Shown here: positions 34,401 to 46,400 of the stretch, one piece after another
Layout: every line of letters starts with the position of its first letter
How positions within the stretch are numbered: the stretch's first letter is position 1
Origin: Botryllus schlosseri
Lineage: Eukaryota
DNA: 64,000 nucleotides
Assembly: GCA_051294905.1 (NCBI GenBank)
Contig: CM119377.1
Span: 13,392,001-13,456,000, forward strand
Reading direction: 5' to 3'
Translations under genes and position numbers: made by a program
The notes under the pieces: generated by a model
Told to the model about the DNA's origin: nothing
Database searches by the model: none
What the model saw: only the letters and a program-made list of their open reading frames with translations

Positions 34401-37400
34401 TATGATGTGTATGCTTCATATTGCGTTGTGTGTACCAATATATAATATAGTGAACCAGTGCCAATAATATAATAGTGTCTGTGTGTAAATCTTTGAAGAT
34501 CAAATGGTATATCAACGAGAACCACTGGATCAATAATAATTTAGGTAATTAGTAAATTTAGTGCGATGTTTAGCAAAGTATTGAGTAGTTAAAACGTGAA
34601 AGCAAGTACCTGGATCCCCATGCAAAGCGTCTTCGTTTGTTTTGTCATCATCTACCTCCTTACCGTTATCTTTCACCATGCAGTTCGTGGTCTGTATAAT
34701 TGAAAACATGCATAATGGTTACTGCAATTCTGTTGGATCCGAATCGTCGAACCTGGTCGCATAAATCGTCGGTTTCGTCTGCATTTATTGCAGGTTTGTC
34801 ACTGTGAGTATGAACTTCCGTGTCAGCCTAAATGGAATCAATAGCATCACTCAATAATCAATATGGGCAGTTAAATATAAAAACACATCGATCATACTGT
34901 AATATATGAACGCAACACACAAATATGATCTGATTAACAGCTAAGATGGCGTGATTGAGTTTTAGGAATCGTTGGTAACAGACTCTCACGTCAATTTGAC
35001 TCTTGAATATTGTTGTATCGCCTGGATCCCTGGTCTTATTGGACTTTACGAAGCTTCATACTATTCACAGAAAAATTGCGATTTGCAGCGTTTCAGACCA
35101 AGAGCATTCAGATTATTCGATGAGTGCATCACCAATAGCGAATTTGTCGAAATACGGAAGAAACAAAGAGCATGACCGACGTCCGCTTTTCTTGATGAGA
35201 ATAGGGATATGTAGGGCTACGTAACAGAAATTCTATCACCGCACCAAAACATCATCGCTGTCGAAGGGGTTGCACTTCGGCGTTGCGACAAAACACCGGA
35301 AAAGGCCCGACCTGTCAAGTTAGCTATATTTTGCTCAACGCAACGAATGCCTTCGACCGATTATAGACCTTGACCGTAAACTACTATACACAGCGTAGCG
35401 CTTTTTTCGACGCATTGACCAAATCCGCGAAAACTGCAGATATTTCGTTTGTAGTGCTGCATAAACATTTTGTCCCTAACCACGCATTTCACGGTATAGA
35501 GTTCAAATTTCATCAGCAAAGTCATTCGACAATGGCGCTCCTACTTTCGCTTTTAATTGGCATTTGATTCAAGGTTTTATACACGCACGCAGTGATCATT
35601 AACGCAGGATTTCTTGTATCCTACACTCTACACACATCACCACCAGCGCAAATATATTCCAACTGAACGGGTGTCCTCTACGTTGAAGCGTGAACATCAA
35701 AAATCTGATTAAAAGTATCTGATAAGGATTTTGAGTAATTTCGTATTTGTACCTCTCGCACGCGAACACGAGGACCCAAGGACCTCACAGCTCCTCTGAA
35801 AATGAATATATTTTACAATTGCGAATGAAGGCCATCTGCATTCTACAAGTCTTGAAGTCGCATACGTACATATTATTTGAGGTTTGCGAAAATATCGCGA
35901 GTGGGCTCAAGTCTGTCGCCTATCGCAAGGGATCGTATATTTATAAGAAACGCCCCTCCAAAACCAATCATATTTGCGTGGGAATTCAATGGGTTTCCCG
36001 CATTGCTCGCGAATTCCGAAGAAGCCGCATCTACGAATCTTGACATTCCCAATTTTCTATCACAATTTCCGCGCCAAAATCCTTACAAGGGGATCTTCTC
36101 CGATTTTCAGCCTTGAGATGAAAGTGCACACTACATACTGCACATTACACATGCACGAATGAGTATCATGAGCATCGGCAAGTTATATTTTTGTATGGAC
36201 ATTTGCATACCACATTTGCATACGAAAAAAACAGCGTTCGAGGTTAGACTTAAGTTAGCGCTGTTTTAACACGATGAGCGCCACCATTGTACACTCTAAA
36301 TTATTCCGCTTCACACTTCCTGCCGAATCCGTAGATGAGATTAGATCGCCGTGACGTCTTTTGAAGATACAGTCAGGACGAATTTTCGTATCACATTAGA
36401 TTGCGTTTCCTTGTACAAATACGCGCGGGCTGATTGCAAATTGATTACAATTACGCGTTCGGTCACGCTTTTAGGCCGCGCGCGGGCTGATTCGATTTAA
36501 TTAAAGCGATAATTTATCGGCGAGCCGATCTGGCCGAGCGGAACACGTATGCAAAGCCTGTGAAACGGCAGAATCTCGCTTTGTCGACAGGCACTCAGCT
36601 TGGTATTCGCGCTGAAAACAAGCGATCGCCCGTTCAACGATGACTCGAGCCGAGAAGAATTTTTCGGAGACTCGCTCCGAGGCGCAAATGCTGATGAATT
36701 TGACAGATAATTTGATGGAAAATTAATACGCCTTGAGAAGAATTTGACGCGCTATTCGCGATTTAGTGTAATTAAAGATGAAAGTGCCGATTAGGTGAAA
36801 TTATGCATCATAATGGAAGGATCATGCTCCGAGCGGAAAGTGATGAAATCGGCGTTTATTCGGAGAGCTATTTTAGTTGCGGGGAGAGAACAAAGCCTTA
36901 TATATTCATCGCTCGCCCAACATTCAACTTAGTGCCACCACCGCCTTCGTACAGTTCTTTACACGTCAACCGACAATGCAAATCGAACGGCACAGTAAAA
37001 CACGATCGACATTAAAACTCTTTACGTATCATTGATCGCAAAATCGCTGACGCCTTCAAACATTTCGGTTGCAAAGTATAGCCGAACAAATTCATGCACC
37101 ATGAACGATGCGGAAAATGGCGGATAGTCGACTGTGCCTGTGAACTACGACAATAACAGAGACCTACCTCGACGACCGATTTTGTCGGCAACCAAGTGGA
37201 GTCTTGTGGTAGTCGGCTTGGTTCTAATTCTTCCGGGGGGCCGGCGATTTGTATATTTGATGGTGACCCTGTCAATGATGACACACGAATCACACTCAAT
37301 TCCTGAAATTTACGACTTTTCAACTCCAGACGGAATGCAAAGACCCTGGGATTTTACAATTTCTTCACGTCACGAAATCCTCTTCGTGTGCTATGCGCAA

Positions 37401-40400
37401 TTGCACAATTGTAGAAAATGTACTGTACATACCTTCTATTTGGTTCAGCGGCGGTGTCAGTGTTTTATTCCGTTTCACATTCGGCACCTGCTCCGTCAGT
37501 TTGTGAACCTCGATGAGATGCGCCTGGAATAAGGTCGTGTCGCTCAGGTACTCCTGCGAATATTAGCGATATCTTTTGATGCTTTCGCGGCGACTCGTAA
37601 CGGGAGATCTTACCGGACACATCGGACATTTAATTTCCGATTGGGAAAAGTGCTGGGCGGCCTTGTGTTGCTCCAGCTCGCGTTCATCTGAGGCTTCGAA
37701 AACGCACAGTTTGCATTCGTAGACCTGGGAAAGAATGGGATTGGGGGTGATTTTGAAACGACTTCGCCTGCGTTACACTAACGTCTAAAGTTATTCCATG
37801 GCTCATCATGTAGGTTATAATATATAGCCTATCATGATCGGGCTGGTCTGATTCGATTCGGAATCCAGTACTAAACGTCCGAGTAGAGCATTTAAATATT
37901 ACTAATTGTGTCGTCGTGACGATAGGCAGACACGGCGTCTTCGACTGCGTACCTGCTATGCCACCACTAAGCAATAAATGAAGCCAGTTACATTCGAAAA
38001 ATGTGATTTGAAATCTTTCAACCCACAATGTGACATAGCACTCCGAGACAATACTTCAAACAATGATCTCGTTGATAAAATGTATCTTAGACTTAGTGGC
38101 AAGCTGCAAATAATTTCGTTACCTGATTGGGATCCGTGTACTCTAATCCAATCGTTATGCCCAGCCCTAGGGTAGATCTCAAACCACCGCCCGATATACT
38201 ATAAGCCGAGCTCGTCCAGACGAGAAATATAACCGTGTCGGATCGAATTAGTGATAATAACGCGATACTCGGAAATCGAATAATAAAATGACACGTTGTT
38301 TGCATCGACGCCCTACCGCTTATTTCACGTTGTAAAAAAAACGACATTCGGTGTCATAATAAAGACATTTCCTATTTATTTAGAAAACGCTGTCGAAATA
38401 ATACAAAATAAATTCAACGAGTTTCGGAACTGCATTGCTGCAATTAAACCCCCGAAACCCTCATCACACCATCAAACGGCAATCGTGCTGACCACGGTAA
38501 AAGACCTGCTAATTGCATAAAAACACCCGAGTCAGTTTCGAGGTAGAACTTAAATGTCGGCCGACCAATAATAATTGAAACAGTACTTCGGTCTAGTATA
38601 ACAGTCATTAAATACTCTAGATTAGTGGTTCTCAAACTGGGGGGCGCGATGCTGCAGTCAATTGAAATTTTTTACCTCCAATTCATTGCTATTGCTCTGT
38701 GTATAGTCCGATTTCATATTTGAGAATTCTCTCATCAACAGTCATACCGAGTGCGATTTTTTTGACATGTCAAAATAAGTCAAAATTTTGTCAAAATTGT
38801 ACTGTAGGTAAAAAAATTGTCGAAATTGTTTACAAAGTCAAAATTTTTTGCAACCTGAATTTCGTTTGTATCGTAGATGTTTGCACTGTCGATGAACCAT
38901 GACCTTGGCCTATCTAAAGGCTATGGATGAACTTATCATTTGACATTTTACAGCTCGTAGCCTACTTTATAGGCCTACTATTGTGGACGGCCCATTGTCT
39001 GCTCATTGTGACTCATAAACGGTCAAATGAAACAAATCGGTTGACATGGTGTTATGCTCAACGTACAGCAATGTTCTAACTGAAGCAAGACTGCGAAGGC
39101 ATTGGTTCTTATATCAACGATGAAAAATTGTGATGTAGACAACATTGTCAGAATGAAGCAATACGGTGTGTCACCAGACCAGCAGTGTTCGCAACAACTT
39201 CAGTGTTACCAGCCAACAACTGCTGCTGTTGAGCGCTGATTCTCCATTCTTTGCAAGCTACTTAGTAAGGACAGACACTTTCTACCCGAGAATGTAGGAA
39301 AATATCTTTTGTTGAACCACATTAAATTTTAATTATTTCTACCATAAGGCGTGATGTAACTACTGGAATTCTTCATAGATCCAGATTTCGTTAGAATAAA
39401 GTTTTTTCGTGTAAAAATTTGTCAGTAAGTCAGAAATCGCCCTATAGCCAAAGCCTTCCACGCCATCAAACTATCCGTTGGTATTGCTAGCATTCTAGTT
39501 GCATTTTTGATATGGCGATAAGGGGGGGGGGGCGCGAAATTTTTCAAAATCCTAAAAGGGGACGTGTCTAAAAAAGTTTGAGAACCACTGCTCTAGATAG
39601 CAAAGACAGTATTCCGCCTTCGCTAAAGTGCAATACAGATCTTATACCGTGAAATGAACAACAGTTGACAGTGACAGCATATATGTTAGCAAAATTTTCA
39701 TGAAGTTCTAATTTTCTGTGTCTAAAGGCTGCAATGAGACCATACATAAATTAGCGCAGTCGCTTACTTTGTCTTCTTGATCCTTCGTTTCTTCTTCTGA
39801 AGTCACGACATCATTACTCGCGGTCGCATCTAAAAAGCGATGCATCCGATGCTTTAGCATACGCGCCGCAGCGACTGTATCGACAAACTAACTGTAAACC
39901 TATATAGAAAACGCTATAGACCAGTTTATATTAAGAAGATGGTTAATTAGGAATGTGCGGGCTAAATTGCTTACTCATTGAAGCCGAGTTCCTTCCTGCA
40001 TTAGATATCTCAACGTCTGCTTCGACCGTTACTGGATTTTCCGATAAATAACTACCGGCTTGTTGTTTCTCATGCAATTTAGACTGATGACTTTGACTCT
40101 GCATGTGCTGAATCATCCCAACGACAAACTAGTGCGAAACAGACAGTTTCAAACACTTTTCACGCGAGGTAAAAATCAGACACCGCACAAAACTTACTTT
40201 CGACTTATACGAGCACGAATGGCAGGACAGGCTATGGGAGATCAATTCGTCTTGACTGCTGGAACTCGACTGTGCCTCTTTCAACATGGAATCAAAGTAC
40301 TGAAGAAAATGAGGTATGAAGTGAGTTCACCGGTGAATCCCGAGGTGTGCTCATGACAAATGACTAATTGCACTGCTCATGGAATGGACAAAATATCCAA

Positions 40401-43400
40401 TCACAACCCTCAATTCTAGACACCATAGTGCTGTGGCTATTGATGCTCGACTACATTGAATGACAAATTTCGTTTCTGCATCGCCGCCCTGTTCTGATGA
40501 CTCGGAGGTAAGTTAAACATCTAATGGACGACATTTTTGCATTTAGTCTATTGCCTCCGCGGCGTAATAGGGGATTTTACTAAGATCGGTGGCAATGAAT
40601 ACTTGCAATGCTACACGATTCCACGCTTATCAAATAGGAAGATGACTATATGAGTTACAAGTAAAGGCCGGATGCTGCCCGAAGACTAAATAAGATGACA
40701 GGAAGGGCCATGTGAAAAGCAGGGGGATTGTAATGAAAGTGTTTGGTTGCATATCGGCGCTTAATTAACAATGATAGCGACGCACAATGGCGGTTTCGTG
40801 AACAATGGAAACGTCTTGGTCGCGGTGTAGCAGCGACCGTGGCGAACACACTAATTTTGCCAAACCGACACCTCGTAGTGGGAAGAATGCTCGCTGACGG
40901 AACGAGTTGTATTCCGGTAAATTGAGACTAATGAATATATATACACATCATATATCTGGAGTTTTGAGTCTGAAGTTCGTTGGTAGTCACGTAGACATAG
41001 CGATTTAAAAACTAAATAAAAAAGTACGGATTCTGGGCCTAGTTTTTACTGAAAACGTTAAGTGAAAGTGCAAGTAGACATAACTTACTGGAGTACTCCG
41101 AAAAATTAGAAGTACTTCGTAACCAACTAGCAACTACCTACGCTAATTGATATACGGATATGATGCTAAATATCCATTGACACTGAAGAGTCATTACAAT
41201 GCCAAACAGACAAACTAAAACGGAATTTGCATTGCGTGGGGTTTCATTTTACCTTGATTCCGATTTCAGAACACCCAATACTAAAACAGGCACACTAAAC
41301 AACATGCGCATTGTCTTGTGTTTCGTTATACCGTCATCGCTATTTCGAAACTTCTAAGCGTTCTGATATAGCTGTTTATGTAACCTGTGCGACCAGGATA
41401 ATATGGCAATTCGGTATGGGAACCCCAAACGTAACCCCAATCCAACCGCGCAGTGGCGAGATGGCGTGGTGGTACCACAGCTGCAACACCAATGGGTTGC
41501 GAGTTCAAGTCAGACTCTAGAATTCCTACGCAAATATTGTGGGTTTATATAGGCCCCGCCTGATCCTCCGATCAGCCTAATCGGTATTACAAAATAATAA
41601 GTGGCCGTGCTATAAGTCGGCAGCTCAGGAATCGTAATAAATAATAAAAGCCTGGGGTAGTGTGACCACTGACCAATGACCACGAATAATAAAGTAACGA
41701 CATAGTCAACCGAGCTTATCATCGATACAGAATTAGATTTTGTAGTCTCTAATTCCCATTAGGCCAGAGAGCACCGCGTGTGTCACGTGACACGCCTGCA
41801 GAAAACTGCGGCAATCGGTGGGTCAGAAATACGTTAACGATTGAACATCGCATAAAAGCGGAAATGACTAGAAGTCTTATTTGTATCCAGAGTTCAGTAT
41901 TGTAGCTTCATTATTAACACAATCCATCGTCCAAAGTTGATTCTCAGCGATTCGAGCGACCGAAACTGTGTGCTTCTCACTTTCCAAACCGTTAAAGGAA
42001 ATTTCGCATTGTTTTTAAAGATGATACATCTTCCTGACAGGCGACAACCTATTGAATACTTTGGGAAATTTCGTCCCGACATATACACAACAATTGCTGC
42101 TTATCTGACCAATTTTACGCATCCCATTTACCCGTAATATGCGCTTAACGTATCTTAACTTAAAGCGATCCAACAAAACATTTCATCCTTTTTGGTAACC
42201 AGGAAGCCGGCGAAAGAATGAGCCATCAGTGAAAACTTACGTTTTTAAGCTCATGCAAATTTCCAATCAATAGAAATTGGCAAGACTTTTTAAGGAAAAT
42301 GAATAGACCTTGCAAGGGCATGAGTATTTTTCGCAACCTTTTAATTTGCATAGAGTCACACTCATTCCTTGGTATCCACTCTTAGTTATCAATTTAGTTT
42401 TGTTACTTTAAAATAGCGTTTGCGATATCATATACGGGTAATGTACTATATCTCAAGTATCTTAGATTTGACGAATGCTTGACACAACTCAAACCGTATC
42501 TTAACCCACGTCGGAAAGGCAGCTTTCAAAACACGTGGGCCGACGTGGCGTATTCCAATGTAATAAACACAAACCTAAAACAAATAGTCAAACGGCCCGG
42601 AAAGAAATTGATAGAACAAGTTGTTCTGAACAACGTATGATAAAAGTAGTTGGGAATTGTGCTTACGTGGCACATTGTCAATGTTCCTTGGTGACGGTCG
42701 GTAGAACAGTGGATACGTAATTTGTCAATACTCGTTGTCGAATGTCGGCATCCATTGCAAGTAACTTTCTGGAATGGAAAATAAAATAATTGCTTTGCAA
42801 CACATATGAGGGGGTTGCATATTTTATATGCAACTACTTAGCCATTGATGTAAGTGGTTAAGTGTATACGATACCGCGTGCAATTACCGAAGTAAACTTA
42901 AAATCATGACAATAGCAAAGTGGACCGCAAATGACTTTGGTGAATACTTGAGATTCCACCACCGCATGAGGTGTAAATTTATCCAACGGCACTTTCTGGT
43001 ACTTGGTTCAGCCTTCACACGCGTACCACTGGAATACTTAAATTGTAAATCGCCGGATAAACAACGCCAGTTTAAGTATGGAACCCACAAGGACCCATAC
43101 ACCGCTATAGTTCCACAAGTAGGGACATTGCGATTCTCAGTAGAAACGAATGCCATTCCATCACGCGATCAAGTATTTATAAATTCATTCGCATAAGTAC
43201 ATTGTAAGCGTGTATGCGTGCAGTTTTTTAATGTGTGACACAGCGCTCTATACATAGTCAACAGGACACGCTCAATTCTATAAAACAACTCTTCCATCGT
43301 GATATGATTACCAAGTGATTGTCTTAACGTGGTTTTCACCGTTCCATAAAACCATTGGCCTACAGAAAGACTCCCTCAACCTGCGGTGTTTCTGATTTCT

Positions 43401-46400
43401 TTTTAAAACGCAAAACCTATTTTAACCAGCCGAGACTCTAACGGATATTACGCTTTATCTTTTTTAGGTGGGCTGGGAATTAGGTAATCGAATTTACATT
43501 ATCTCAGCCGAAGCGTAATTCACGGAATGGATACACACACACCAGGCGGGCTTCTCCTCTCGGCCTGTCGGTTTATTATCGCGTGTTATGTAGTTTTATT
43601 ATTGTCTCAGATCGTGGGAAAGTGTGAAGTATTCGTCAGTATCTCATAACGTTTTAATCAACACTGATCTAGATTGCTAAAACGCAACTCCCGGCCGCCA
43701 TGCCATTCCTGTAAATAATTCGCCAGTCGGCTATCCCGCCGAACAGACAGTGATTATGCTTCTCGGCGCCTTCCATCCAGAAACGGGCGGGATTGATATC
43801 GTGATATTCAAATCCTGTTTCTGATTGGAGAATTGAATGCAAGTCCAGAACTAAATTTGGAGTCCATTTCGAGTAGGGGTGGGCAAAATCAAGTACCCGA
43901 GTGATGGATGGGTACCAGTATGGATAATTCTCGAAGTTAAAATATGTACCTTTCGTGCGACCACAGAGAAAAGAATTCCAGTTCTACACCACATTAAAAA
44001 CGATTTTTTTCAACCATGTCATATTTCCTTGTGCTTTGTGACAATGCTGCGGTGTAACGCGGATTCACAGAAATATCATTTCCACTAACACGGGTAACTT
44101 TGTACCACAGCTACACGTTTGGGAGGCTGGTTCGACGAATCGATGTTTCAAGGTTCCACGGAGGAGATAATATCGAACCTAGATAGCCATGCTATTTCTC
44201 TCTACAGATCCTTGTCATCCTTTGATATGCTCAATAAATAAAGGTTAACATAGATGTTTGTTTAGAACCTATATTTCTCGTTTACGACTCTTTCTGGAAA
44301 TGGGCGTTAAAGTTTAGTTCTCGTGAAAATGAAATCACACGTCTGGACTTTAATCATTACAATTAATACTCGATTCCAATTGAAGTGCTTAAATCATTGT
44401 GTCTGACCCTAATTTCGAGTCATTTCCAAATCCAAACCCGTGTACCCGGCCGCAACTTCGAACCATTTCAACTCCAAGTCCGTACCCGATAAAGGAAATG
44501 ACAGAAATTCTTTTCAAAGGCAGCATGGGAATTGTAGATCATTAGAAATGCCAGGTCCTATCTCAGATCCAAATATTATCCTGTGCCCGACACCTTGGAA
44601 TCCGCCTATTTCAAATCCAGATCCAAATCCATGCTTATTGCTCATCTCTGCTTCGGATCCAGCGCGTTCCGCGTGACACGTCCAATTGTATAAATGGTGT
44701 AGTGGTTATCATACATGGTAAGCAAATTTGATTTCCTGACAAAGTTATATCAGAGACTGTTTTCAACGGGTAGAATCTCCTTATATTGTAATGAGTAATA
44801 TGACGCGAACAACGCTCTTGCGCGTATTTGCGACGAGGGATATACACGTACGCAAGAGGTGTTGTTATACCGATCCGCCCAAGTAAATTACGAGAAGACC
44901 CGATGTTGGCAAAGGAATTTTCAAAGGAATATTTACACCGTTGACTAAGCCGACAATGTCTAACGATGTCTGGTCTGTGGTATATCTACGAGCTGTTCAA
45001 GTGTTGGTGTTCATACGGCGTCTTTACAAGAAGCCCAGATACAGACCCAAGGATAAGGTCACGTGCAAGGAAAGGGAGAAAAAGAGACAGCGTCCTGGAC
45101 ACTATGAACTTCACACTTATGTCGGGCATGAACACTAATTATATCAGTAAGGAAATGCGGAAATCTTGTTGATAAACTGTAGCCTACACATGGCCGTTTC
45201 CACGTCCTCCAATCTGTTGTACATTTCATCGCGTTTAATATATCGAATTATAGGGTGACTGTACGTACAGTGTACACTGTACACAGTAGCGAGCTTCGCG
45301 AGTGGATGAAAATACTAATATTGTTGACTAATATAATTTGATTCTTGAGACTACAGAAACAAGCGATGAAGCGAGTGATGCTATTACAATTCTTTTGGCA
45401 GAGAACAACAAAATCACATTAAAAGCGTATAGTTCCAACGCATCTGCGGTACATTATGGATTGGTACGTGAACGTCTATTGTGTTGAGGAATTACCGCGA
45501 AATTGTCTTTGGGTTAGAAACAACGCGCAAATGCATTGTCGGCAGCAGGTTTTCGGATACTACAATTCCACATGAGCTATAAAACCTGACCGCAGCGCAT
45601 TCCATAATCCAGTCACCACGCCCAGCGCGCATATCCGTAATTGCAATCGCAATCTTACATTCATATTATTTCCTGCTATTGCATAGCTGACTTTCCATTC
45701 GTTCGACTCGCCGCCTTCGCGGATGTGATTTATCAGCTGCAGCTTCGAGGTGTGCTTCTCCGTCTTGCAGTGCAGGCTAAAGTTTGTTTTAAGCTGAAAC
45801 ATGAATATATTCAACGTTAAGGCGCTTACTGAATAACAAAGGATCAATACCGTACGCGGTCGGTTAATTACACCACAACTGGCGGATAATCCGCGTAATC
45901 CCATAACACTGTCAATATATTGCTATTAATTAACATCGATGCTCTCTACTCATTACGGTTTTTACAATGCTATTTACGCAAAAGTTCACGACTTTGTTGA
46001 TCATCAAGTACGCTGTTACACGTCACTTGGCCTCACTTCAATCCGTGAAATAATCAACACGTCGTACCTGAAACGCATCTACGATTGATTTTTTTTATCG
46101 GATCCTAATATTTTATTTCAAGTCGCTGGGAGGCATAATGTAATAGAGGAATTCAAATTGTAAATGTCAATTACATCAATATTGCAATATCGGATGTTAC
46201 CGCAAATTACGTACCGATGTTATCAACCATATAGCTGTCAATATTAACGGCTGCTGGGCGAAGCGGTACGCTACAAATAAACACACTTCATCTCAGATTA
46301 TTTGTCTCATCAAACGGTATAAAATAATTAAAGACAAGGCTTCGTTAACCCCTGTGATGCTTATAATTACGCTCGCTTCCTCGGAAGAGTGTTATCAAAT

